Below the pieces are notes generated by a model, which ran no database searches, was not told where the DNA came from, and saw only the letters and a list, made by a program, of their open reading frames with translations. Source: an uncultured Bacillota bacterium (GTDB lineage: Bacteria > Bacillota > DTU025 > MWDF01). Taken from it: 10,285 nucleotides of DNA. Both the position numbers and the translations under genes were made by a program. Below, in pieces: positions 1-9,052 of the stretch. The stretch lies in the NCBI GenBank assembly GCA_963823655.1, contig CAWGMK010000011.1:1-10285 (forward strand), written 5' to 3'. The stretch's first letter is position 1; each line of letters starts with the position of its first letter.

Positions 1-147
1 GATAGAGTCCGTCAGAGGATTTCCTGAAAGAACAGGTATAGAAGATCTAAAGCCAATCATACGGGGACCGGCGGAAGCATTCGGCTCCCAGGCCGGCATT
101 ACTTTATTCATCCCGCCGGCTATTGGTCAACTGACGAGAAACGATGA
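1..147 (+). CDS. Possible 3' end of an upstream gene, product unidentified
   Basis: One frame reads ANHTGTGGSIRLPGRHYFIHPAGYWSTDEKR-TGA(145-147), ending at a strong hairpin. The frame is uncertain because of indels, and I recognise no motif. Confidence 0.2.
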
Positions 148-182
148 ACAGGGGGCATGTAAGAATATGCTCCCTGTTCGTC
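143..182. terminator. Inverted repeat, probable (bidirectional) terminator between convergent genes
   Basis: GATGAACAGGGGGCATGT-AAGA-ATATGCTCCCTGTTCGTC forms an 18-bp stem on the + strand with three G-U pairs. It lies ~110 nt downstream of the minus-strand gene that ends at 292. Confidence 0.6.
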
Positions 183-291
183 AATTCGCTAGCTATATTT
201 CCTCGAATTTCTGGTTACTATGGGCCTTAGACGCAATCTGTCGATAAGAAATGTGCTAGTTTCCACCAATCCGAAAGTCTTTGCTCCTACA

Positions 292-992
292 TTACCTGGC
301 CAAGATATTGCTGCCCTTGTCATACGCTACCTTCACGCTTTCTATCTCAACTAGCAATTGTCAAACCCTTCGAAATCCGTGTTCGAGCGAGGATGTTGGG
401 GCAGAACTCAACCGAGGGCGTAGACGGGTCATATTTAGCTCCTTCTATCACAGTTGAATCCATTGTGATCGACATCCATCGCCATCCTTAGCTGATAACC
501 ATAGTATTAGCCCCGGTCCTGGTCCAGTCCCGGCACAAGGCCCGTGGAGTTCATATGAACAATCATGCTCGGAAACGCATCATGATCTGTTTATCGCATT
601 ACTTTCTGCTGTGGACGGTTTCAGCTGCGATGTTGTCAAACTCGATCGCGAAGTGATTACTGCCGGGGCCGATTTCTTTTTAAAATACGCTATCTGCAAG
701 TATAAAAGAGAAGAATGCCGTATGACTGCTGTCCAGGTTCAGATTGAATGCTATCGTCACGGTGAAATCGCCGGAGAACATGTTAGGACAGGCGATCACC
801 ATATCATGCAACCTGACGCCGCTATCAACGAAATCGTGCCCCACTCCCTCGTAGTACCACTCATCGGCCCCTTCGCCGAAGTCACCCTCAAGCTCAAAGC
901 TGTAGACATACACAAGCGTTTTCGCAACCGCATGCCAGCGCTAATGCCATTGCAAGCATAACTACCAAAACGATCCTGAACGATCTCATCAT
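292..992 (-). CDS. Secreted/lipoprotein of unknown function, paralog 1 (beta-rich; frameshifted in this sequence)
   Basis: GGGGTGGG RBS then MMRSFRIVLVVMLAMALALACGC (signal peptide ending in GC). After a frameshift it continues KTLVYVYSFELEGDFGEGADEWYYEGVGHDFVDSGVRLHDMVIACPNMFSGDFTVTIAFNLNL (ORF 680..913), then pieces GANTMVI and ...VEIESVKVAYDKGSNILAR-TAA(294-292). It aligns by eye with the 1254-1926 gene. Confidence 0.7.
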
Positions 993-1196
993 CCCACCCC
1001 ACTTTCAGGGGATATGCTTTCAGCATTGCAAGGATAACTCCTGCAACAGCTGAAAAAGTTGGATATGTAGTAATAGGGAAGGGCAAAAAGATGCCAGGTT
1101 ATCCAAAAGGGAGCCCAAACTTACTTTTTCGGCGGATATTGCATTGAGGACGGCCAAAACAATCCGTGGCGAAAATCCAGACCAAAGACTTAAGCA

Positions 1197-1227
1197 TAAA
1201 TGGGGAAGGGGTTACTGCCCTCCCCAT
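1197..1227 (-). terminator. Rho-independent terminator after lipoprotein paralog 2
   Basis: Minus strand ATGGGGAGGG-CAGTAAC-CCCTTCCCCAT followed by TTAT, ~27 nt after the stop at 1254. Confidence 0.6.
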
Positions 1228-1253
1228 CTGTGAGCTTCTATGTTTGATTGCAG

Positions 1254-1926
1254 CTAGATCGAGTTGCCCTTCTCATACTTCACTTTGACGCTCCTCAGAT
1301 AGAAGCCGGCATCAGCGGTGAAGCCCGTGTGGCGCACATACAGGTAAGGCCTGTAGTATTCAGCCAGGTTTCCGCTTTCCATTGTGAAATTCCAGGTGCT
1401 TAACCCATTTATCAGCACGTTGAAAGCGTTGCCTGTCCTTCTTATAGTGAATTCGTTAACGCCATCCTCCATGCCGTCCGGGCCCCAGGACCTGTCATCC
1501 CAGATATTAGCGGATTTGCGCCTTGCCCAATGCTGTGCCTTGCGGTAAGAAGGTCGAAGTACTCTGTAACAATGCCTGCGTGGCTGGCCTATGGAGCTGA
1601 CATTGCCATCTACCATGAAGAATGTGAAGTACCCACATAATCCTTGTATTCAAGAATTTTGGCAGCTCGATTTCGAACTCGAAAGTGCACTCGAAATCAC
1701 CTTTGAACGCCACGGGGGGCTGAAAGGGCCATATCTTCGAGAAGCAGGCCGCTTTCTGAGGTGAAGCTATAATCGGAGCCACCGGTGACCCACGCACCCC
1801 CTCATCATCCAGGAAGGTCTGGTTATCGATGAAATCATGGGAGTACGTCGTCTTACAACCGGTTAGAAGTGCCCCCACCATCACGATAACGACTAAAAAT
1901 AATGAGCCCTTTGCCATTGCACGCAT
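1254..1926 (-). CDS. Lipoprotein of unknown function, paralog 2 (possible ConA-like/DUF1080-like beta-sandwich; frameshifted)
   Basis: AGGGGGA RBS, then MRAMAKGSLFLVVIVMVGALLTG-C with a clear lipobox LTGC. ORFs 1507..1962 and 1254..1616 join into one product containing PVAFKGDFECTFEFEIEL and GVNEFTIRRTGNAFNVLING, ending YLRSVKVKYEKGNSI. Confidence 0.75.
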
Positions 1927-2019
1927 AATATTTCCCCCTTTGAGTTTTTGCCTGTCAACCACTTTCTTTTACTTAGGTATATGGAGCTAATAATCCTGCA
2001 CTATAAAATTGATAGAAAA

Positions 2020-2050
<31 letters not shown>

Positions 2051-2055
2051 GGAAA

Positions 2056-2801
2056 TCAGCCCTGATCGATTTGTATAGGTACGATCTTCCTTTTCTGCCG
2101 CAAGGCGAGGGATGATTTTCAGGAAACTAAGGACGTTCAAGGCCGTTTGGGCACGCTTGAGGCTCATTGCGGCGCTTTTGGCGAAGTCGGCGCTGGTGAA
2201 GTCGGTAGGAAGATCTTCCGGCACCAACAAGGAATAATCGGCGAGGGCCTCCTATAAAGAGCTCCTGTTTCCAGGCTGAGCGGAAGTCGGTCGCACCTGC
2301 TGTAACTCTTCTTCCTGTCATCGCTCCAACCGTTTAGGAGCCGGTACTCTTCAAGGTCGACAAGCATGATGCATAAAGAAAGGTTCGGGTGCGCAAGCAA
2401 GGGCTTGATCCGATAGAGCTCGTAAAAAGCATCGTAGATGTTGCCATGCTTCGGGGAAAGGCGAGGCTTCGAGACCTGCCCACCTGTCTGGGTCGATCCA
2501 AAGCAGCCACTTCTTCGCGGGCAAGGGATAGACAATCGTCACCTTGTGTTCGGAAAGGAAGGCCACAAGCTTTGCTCTCAGCTTGTTGAATTGCCGCGTC
2601 TGGATTTCATAGATGTGATCGCCGGAGAATATGTCTGCGAAAAAAGACCCCAAGCTTCTTCTCATGCCTGGTCAAATCGGGCTCCAGGTAGAGTTTGATA
2701 GTGGCATGCAGTGCCTTCTCACCCAGAGTGCCTATACAGCTTATGGAGGGGTTGCCGTCAATGAATGCTTGACGGGCGGCTTCAAACCGGGTCTTGTCCA
2801 T
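2056..2801 (-). CDS. Conserved hypothetical protein with a PD-(D/E)XK-like nuclease motif and possible C-terminal winged helix (frameshifted; 3' end uncertain)
   Basis: ORFs 2607..2801, 2351..2665, 2164..2535 and 1973..2230 stitch into MDKTRF...IGTLGEKALHATIKLYLEPD...FFADIFSGDHIYEIQTRQFNKLRAKL...VTIVYPLPAKKWLLWIDPD...PRLSPKHG..YDAFYELYRIK...DLEEYRLLNGW...FTSADFAKSAAMSLKRAQTALNVL...GRKGRSYLY. From memory this resembles a widespread Clostridia-type hypothetical family. The nuclease call is inferred from the E...AD...EIQ pattern. Confidence 0.65.
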
Positions 2802-3097
2802 CGTGCCGAGCCCCTTTTCAAAAAACTAGTGTGTTGAAGAACGCCAAACCTGCGATAATGCTACATTGATAGCATATTGCTTGCCCTAATGCTAGATAGG
2901 AGAGGGCTCAACCAAACGAACCGCTTAAGATTCCGAATAACTGTCGCCATTTTGTGAAAATGAAAAACGAGCCAGGCTTGTTGCCAGTTAGTTGCCTTTC
3001 GCACTTTAGGAGCTCATCAAAATTACTTTAAGAAATATCGGATTTTGAGCTATCATCATTAGTATGACGGATAGGGCCATTCGTTGGAGGTGATTGT

Positions 3098-3944
3098 ATG
3101 CCTGACATTTAGGCCTCAGCGCAGATTTTCCGCCAATATGAGAATCTGAAGCCGGTAGGAAAAAGGCTCGCCAATTACATCATGGATAACGAAAGGGAAG
3201 TCATACACCTTTCGATTACGGAGCTTGCCGAGAGGGCCGAAGTGAGCGAGACTACGGTAATAAGATTTGCAGGCAACTGGGGTATGAGGGCTATCAGGAC
3301 TTTAAAATCAGGACGGCCCAGGGGATGGTGCCGGAACTGAGCAATATACATGAGGACCTTTCCGAAGGCGACAGTCCGAGATCGGTCTTGAAGAAAGTGT
3401 TCGCCTCCTCCATAAGCGCGATCGAGGATACACTTCAAATCATTGACGAGGTAGCCTTCGACAAGGCGGCAACAGCCATCGCAAATGCTACAAGGATAGT
3501 GTTTTCGGGTGAAGGCGGGTCAGGGATCATAGCAAAAGACGCAGAACATAAATTCATAAGGCTGGGGATTCCCACATGCTCCAACCTGGATCCTTATATG
3601 AGGCTGGCAGCTGCGACTTTGATGAAGCCGTCTAAGTAATGTTGAGCATTTCCCACAGCGGCAGCACGAAGAATATCGTTGAAGCATTATCATTGGCAAA
3701 GAAGAGCGGTGCTACAACTATTTGCATCACGCAATACCAGAAGTCTCCCATTACCAAAGTCGCCGATATTGTGCTGACGGTATTCTCGAAGGAAGTTGAG
3801 TACAGGAGCGAGGCCATGGGCTCGCGTATAGCCCAGCTATGTGTAATCGACAGCTTGTATGTGGAAGTAGCCAAGAGGCTAAGGGAGAAATCATGGGATA
3901 CGATCAAGAAGGTGCGCGAGGCGCAAGTGACTCTGAGGTACTAG
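3098..3944 (+). CDS. RpiR/MurR family transcriptional regulator (HTH + SIS domain; frameshifts near 3110, 3268, 3635)
   Basis: GGAGGTG RBS and ATG at 3098. The HTH reads LANYIMDN..EVIHLSITELAERAEVSETTVIRF/CRQLGYEGYQDFK. The SIS domain reads IVFSGEGGSGIIAKDAEHKFIRLG, LSISHSGSTKNIVEAL...GATTICITQYQKSPITKVADIVL and SRIAQLCVIDSLY. Confidence 0.92.
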
Positions 3945-4054
3945 TGCCAACGGCTAAATATCAGCGCTCATCATATTACCCCACTCTGACTAATGGAATG
4001 TAGGCTATCGGGCGTGTATCCCAGGCTGGAACTATGCCCAGCATCCAAATACTT

Positions 4055-4180
4055 TGTGAAGAAAAATATATTCTCTTTTTTCGTTTTTAGAAAGGAATAT
4101 TTTATTTTTGCGTGTATACTTATATATAAGTTTCGATAAATATTGATCGAAATCATTCTCGATGAAAATAAGGGAGGTAG
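4055..4180 (+). promoter_or_regulatory. AT-rich operon promoter region with candidate operator palindrome (4131-4152) and RBS
   Basis: Very AT-rich intergenic DNA with candidate -10 TATACT at 4115-4120, the palindrome TTTCGATAAATATTGATCGAAA (20/22 symmetric) and AGGGAGGT RBS before ATG 4187. No clear -35 identified. Confidence 0.55.
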
Positions 4181-4186
4181 CAGATC

Positions 4187-5142
4187 ATGTTCAAGAGGTT
4201 GACGATCCTGAGCCTGGCAATTCTAATGGCAGTAGTATTAGCGGGTTCGGCAATGAGCGCGTATCCTACGCAGCCCATCAACTACCTGATTGCCTTCGCA
4301 GCAGGCGGCGAATCGGATATTACTGCACGTATGCAGCAGAAGTACCTTGAGCAGGAGTTAGGCGTCCCTATCGTAATGACATACAAGACGGGCGGCGGCG
4401 GCGCTGTTTGCTGGGCAGAGCTTGTCCGCTCCAAGCCGGACGGATACATCATAGCAGGCGTTAACGAGCCGCACACAATGCTTCAGCCCATGCAGAGCAA
4501 CAGCGGTTATGAGACAAGCCAGATCCAGAGGGTTGCACTCTTCCAGTTCACCTCCCGCGCGCTGATCGTTCGCAAGGACAGCCCTTTCAAGACTCTTCAG
4601 GACCTGATCGACTTTGCAAAGAAGTATCCCGGTATGGTGACGGTAGGCGGCAGCGGCAGCTGGGCGTCGACCCACTTTACAACAATGTTGCTTAAGAAGG
4701 CAGCCGGAATAAAACTAACATACGTTCCTTTCGCAGGTTCAGGCGACACAAAACCCGCAATCCTTGGTGGTCATGTATCGGCGATAGTTGCACATCCAAC
4801 GACTGCAGTTGGTATCAAGAAAGACATAAGGATACTGGCAGTAGCGGCAGAGACGCGCTCTGCGGTGTTCCCGGATGCTCCTACGTTCAAAGAGCTTGGT
4901 GTCCCTGGCGTCATTGAAGGTTCCTACAGAGGCGTCGCGGTGCCCCCCGGCACTCCGAAGGACATTGTGAACAAGCTTGCTGCGGCCTTCAAGAAGGCTA
5001 ATGAAGACCCGGTATTTGTTAAGACCATGACGGATCTGGGCTTCGACCTCCTGTGGAAGGGCCCCGAGGAATATGAAAGCTGGATCAGGAGAGGACAGTT
5101 TATTACACAAACCTGCTTAAGACCCTCGGTTACACAAAATAG
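4187..5142 (+). CDS. tctC: Tripartite tricarboxylate transporter substrate-binding protein (TctC/Bug family)
   Basis: Signal peptide, then YPTQPINYLIAFAAGGESDITAR, YKTGGGGAV..AELVRSKPDGY, YVPFAGSG, ILGGHV and FPDAPTFKELG, all Bug/TctC hallmarks. A missing base at ~5087 would restore WIKERTVYYTNLLKTLGYTK-TAG(5140-5142), so the ORF-track end at 5209 is likely an artefact. Confidence 0.93.
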
Positions 5143-5162
5143 CTTCTGGACAGGCTTCGTAA

Positions 5163-5180
5163 GGGGGGCGAAAGCCCCCC
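5163..5180 (+). terminator. GC-rich GNRA hairpin between tctC and tctA (mRNA-stabilising or partial terminator)
   Basis: GGGGGGC-GAAA-GCCCCCC is a perfect 7-bp stem, 20 nt after the reconstructed tctC stop, with only a weak U-tract (ATTTG). Confidence 0.65.
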
Positions 5181-5225
5181 ATTTGAATGCTCCTATGAAG
5201 ATTAATTAATGATTGCGAGGGACGC

Positions 5226-6736
5226 AAGAGGGCTCTTGAAGGCCTTCTGGAAATTTTAACTCCTCAAATTCAACTTTACATCCTGCTGGCGACCATAGGT
5301 GGGATGATAGTTGGCGCATTACCTGGGCTTACTGCGACAATGGCGGTTGCCGTAATGGTCCCGCTGACTTTCGGAATGGAACCGGTGACAGGCCTGGCAG
5401 TCCTTGGCGCTATTTACATGTCGGCAATATATGGCGGATGCTTCTCGGCCATCCTCATAAACACACCGGGAACTCCAGGTTCCATAGCCACCTGCTTTGA
5501 TGGCTACCCCATGTGCGTAAAAGGCGAGGGAATGAGGGCTATTGTCGGCGCGACAGTCGGCTCCGTAATAGGCGGCGTCGTGAGCCTGGTGGCCCTTTTG
5601 ATTAGTCGCCCCCGCTTGCTGCCATATCCTTCAATTTCGGACCCCCTGAATACTTCTGGCTTGCCGTATTTGGGCTTACCGTTATGGCCAGCATGGGAGG
5701 AGAGGGCTCGTTGGTAAAGACTTTCATGGCGGGAGGGCTCGGGCTTCTTATCAGCTGCATAGGAATGACCATAATGGGCGGGCAGCTGCGTTTGGCTTCA
5801 ATAACTACCACATGCAGGGCGGCATTGACCTTGTATCGGCGATGATCGGCCTCTTTTCATCCCTGAGGCGCTGAACTATATGAGCTCCTTCGGCTCCATG
5901 TACAAGATTTCCGAAGTAAAGAAGCCAAAGGGCGCAATCTGGGCTGCGGTCAAAGAGACGCTTGCTCTTAGGGCTACGCTGGTGCGCTCTTCTCTAATAG
6001 GATTGATCGTAGGCATTTTACCGGGAGCAGGCGGCACTATCGCCAACATGATTGCCTACAACGAAGCGAAGAAGGCTTCAAAAGACTCGGCAAAATTCGG
6101 AACTGGGCTGCTTGAAGGTGTAGTCGCACCGGAGACTGCGAACAACGCGACAGTCGGAGGCGGGCTAATACCGACGCTTACACTGGGCGTTCCGGGCACC
6201 ACGGTCGCGGCTGTCATCTACGGGGCTTTGCTATTGCACGGCCTAAGGCCCGGCGCTGAACTGTTCACCTCAAACGGCAAGATCGTTTAGCGGTCATGTT
6301 CGCCATACTCATTTCCACAATAATGATGGGCGTTATTGGGCTTCTCGTAGGCATACAAATGTATAGAGGAGTTTCCAAGGTGCCGACGAATTTCATGGCG
6401 CCGGCAATAGTCGCACTGTCTATTGTGGGAGCATATGCGGTCAGGAACAGCAGCATGGATGTAATAGTGATGCTTGTGTTCGGGCTCCTAGGATACATCC
6501 TCAAGGAGATGGGACTTGCTCCAGGCGCTCTGGTGCTCGGCCTCATATTAGGCCCCATCGCCGAGGCAGGCTTCGTCAGATCGAGCCTAATCGGTCAGGC
6601 AGCCGGCTATTTCAACATTTTCGTCAAGAGGCCTATCAGCCTGATACTGATAGCCCTTACTCTCCTGTCACTTATCTGGCCAATAATCACAAATTACCTG
6701 TCCAAACGGGGTAAGGGGAGGGTTTCAGGTGCATAA
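5226..6736 (+). CDS. tctA: Tripartite tricarboxylate transporter permease TctA (several frameshifts; start approximate)
   Basis: GMIVGALPGLTATMAVA, YGGCFSAILINTPGTPGSIATCFDGYPM, FGPPEYFWLAVFGL, GILPGAGGTIA, GVVAPETANNATVGGGLIPTLTLGVPG, HGLRPG and LGLILGPIAEAGFVRS are the canonical TctA motifs. They are spread over ORFs 5304..5717, 5880..6290 and 6296..6736. Confidence 0.93.
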
Positions 6737-7183
6737 GAAGAGAAATATCGACCTTATTGCCGCAATTTTCGTGGGGGCTGTAAGCCTTGTCTTCTGGACC
6801 CAGCTTAAGGAGATCAACTCCCCCATGGATGTGATCTTCCCCAAGAGCGTACTCATAGTAATGTTTGCTCTTTGTGCGATTTGTTGATCAAGGCGTTCAC
6901 CAAGCCTGAGCTCAAAGAGCTGTTCGCTATAAAGAACAGGAACATGGTCGCTTTGGGTGCGGTATGCCTTGTGGTATGGGTGGCGCTTCTCGGAGTAACT
7001 GGTTTCATTTCAATAAGCGTGTTGGCATTTACGCTGCTCTCCTGGATCATGCAGGATAAGCAGAAAAGGACCGTGAAGTCGGCCATCAACTCCGTCATCG
7101 TAGGCAGCATACTTATCGGGCTTATCTACCTGGTGTTCGTAAAATTGCTGCTTGTTCCGCTTCCAAAGGGCTTCCTTATTTAA
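6729..7183 (+). CDS. tctB: Tripartite tricarboxylate transporter small membrane subunit TctB (frameshift ~6880)
   Basis: A GTG start overlapping the tctA end follows a GGGGAGG RBS and gives MHKKRNIDLIAAIFVGAVSLVFW...IFPKSVLIVMFALCAI. It then joins ORF 6872..7183, with GVTGFISIS and the typical TctB C-terminus YLVFVKLLLVPLPKGFL. Confidence 0.88.
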
Positions 7184-7220
7184 GGGTTTGAAGTAAATAG
7201 CAGATTAGGGGGGTGTACCC

Positions 7221-8107
7221 TTGTTGCCGAAAAGGATTGGCTTCATAGGCTTCGGCGAGGCAGCTTCAGCATTTGCGAAAGCTCTCTCCGAACATGGAGC
7301 AAGCATAGAGGCCTTCGACATCCTGATCAATACTGAGGACGGCCTAAAGGCGCTGAAGCACAGAAGCGATGGCGTAGATGTGAGGTTTCGCAAACTCGAA
7401 GATGTCATTAGTGATTCCGAGCTGATCATATCTACCGTCACTATGGACGTTGCTCTGGCTGCTGCTCGAAACTGCGCCGGGCTGCTGTCTTCCTCAAAAG
7501 TATATTTCGACCTTAATTCCACTTCCCCAAAAATAAAAATCGAGATATCGGAGACCATCAAAAAAACCGGGGCTGGCTTTCTGGAAGGCGTAGTCCTCGG
7601 CGCGATAGGGGCCACCGGAGCTGCCACCAAAGTGCTACTCGGCGGCGATTTGGGCGAAGAGTACGCGGTCAAGCTTAAGGAACTGGGGCTAAACACCTCT
7701 TTTTTCAGCAGGGAGATTGGCAAAGCCTCCACTTTCAAGATGATAAGAAGCGTTTTCAGCAAGGGCGCAGAAGCACTGCTGCTGAGATGCTCCTTGCCGG
7801 CAAGAAAGCTGGCCTGGAGGAGGAGCTGTGGAAGGACATAGTTGGGTTCATGGAATCCAAGCCGTTTGGCAAGATAGCCTCCAATTGGATACAGACACAT
7901 GCGGTAGCTTGCGAGCGCAGGTACTATGAGATGCTCCAGGTCTGCGGGACAATGGAAGAGCTGGCAATCGAGCCTATAATGGCCACTGCCACCGCAGAAG
8001 TGTTCAAACACTCCGTTGAAGCGGGCCTGAAGAATAGTTTCCGGGACAAGGCATCAAGCGTAAATGAGGTAATAGACGTGCTTTCCCAACATGTGGGCAA
8101 TATGTAG
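7221..8107 (+). CDS. NAD(P)-dependent oxidoreductase, 6-phosphogluconate/3-hydroxyisobutyrate dehydrogenase-like (DUF1932-type C-terminus; frameshift ~7782)
   Basis: Rossmann motif [21 protein letters not shown], catalytic-Lys segment [19 protein letters not shown], and C-terminal HA..RYYEM. ORFs 7221..7841 and 7787..8107 join. TTG start with AGGGGG RBS. Confidence 0.85.
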
Positions 8108-8118
8108 GAGAATCATCG

Positions 8119-8988
8119 ATGAAAAAGACGACGCAACTAAAAACGCTGCTGAAATCACCTCAGCTTGGTTCATACTCGAAGCGCATGATGGCATGAGTGC
8201 GAAAATCGTCCAGGAAGCGGGCTTCAAAGGGATTTGGGGAAGCGGGCTTACGATATCGGCAGCTATGGGAGTGCGCGACAGCAACGAAGCAAGCTGGACG
8301 CAGGTTGGAAGTTATGGAGTTCATGAGCGACGCCGTGGATATTCCGATTCTCCTCGACGGCGATACCGGTTATGGCAATTTCAACAACTTCCGCAGGCTC
8401 GTCAAGAAGCTTAAGCAAAGAGACATCGCGGGAGTGTGTATCGAAGACAAGCTTTTCCCGAAGACGAACTCCTTTATTAACAGCACGAACCAGCCGCTTG
8501 CGGACATACGCGAGTTCGCTAACAAGATAAAAGCGGGGAAGGACACGCAGTCAGATCCCGATTTCTGCATAGTCGCCCGCATTGAATCGTTCATCGCCGG
8601 CTGGGGCCTCGAGGAGACTTTGAAGAGGGCCCACGCCTACCACGAAGCAGGAGCCGATGCCCTGTTGATCCACAGCAGGATATCCAAGCCCGATGAAATC
8701 CTGGCATTCATGAAAGAGTGGAAAAACACCTGCCCCGTGGTCATTGTGCCGACCATGTATTATGACACGCCGGCAGAGGTGTTCGAAGAGGCTGAATCTC
8801 GCTCGTAATATGGGCAAATCACCTCATGAGAAGCAGCATTGCAAGCATGAAGGAAACAGCCGCGCAAATTGCATCAGAACGGTCCATAAGCAGTGTGGAG
8901 AAGAAAGTAGTCTCCGTAAAGGAGATATTCCCGCCTGCAAAACGCGAAGGAGCTTGAAGAAGCCGAGAGGATCTATTTGCCCTCCTGA
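8119..8988 (+). CDS. pepM: Phosphoenolpyruvate phosphomutase (PEP mutase), single-domain (frameshifts ~8168, 8306, 8795, 8931)
   Basis: AGGAG RBS. Reconstructed as [94 protein letters not shown]...[13 protein letters not shown]...[15 protein letters not shown]...LIHS...[10 protein letters not shown]...VIWANHLMR...VSVKEIFRLQ...YLPS. The diagnostic EDKxxxxxNS motif is at 8443-8472. Confidence 0.93.
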
Positions 8989-9052
8989 GCAAACGGATAA
9001 CATTACTTGGTTTCGATTAATTTCGGGTATGACAGCTTTGGAGGCGTTTCCG

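Noticed and set aside
611-961. Plus-strand 116-aa ORF and minus ORF 796..1086
   Set aside because: These are antisense or out-of-frame shadows of lipoprotein paralog 1, which has an RBS, a signal peptide and a paralog match.
2802-3097. Riboswitch/ncRNA or defined promoters in the divergent intergenic region
   Set aside because: No recognisable RNA motif or convincing -35/-10 pair. There is only a weak TTTAAG-18-TATCAT at 3027-3056.
7205-8011. Long minus-strand 268-aa ORF, and other antisense ORFs over 3175-10214
   Set aside because: They lie antisense to well-supported plus-strand genes and show no recognisable motifs.
8119-8988. Isocitrate/2-methylisocitrate lyase or oxaloacetate decarboxylase call
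   Set aside because: The catalytic loop is [10 protein letters not shown], with no K-[KR]-C-G-H lyase motif.
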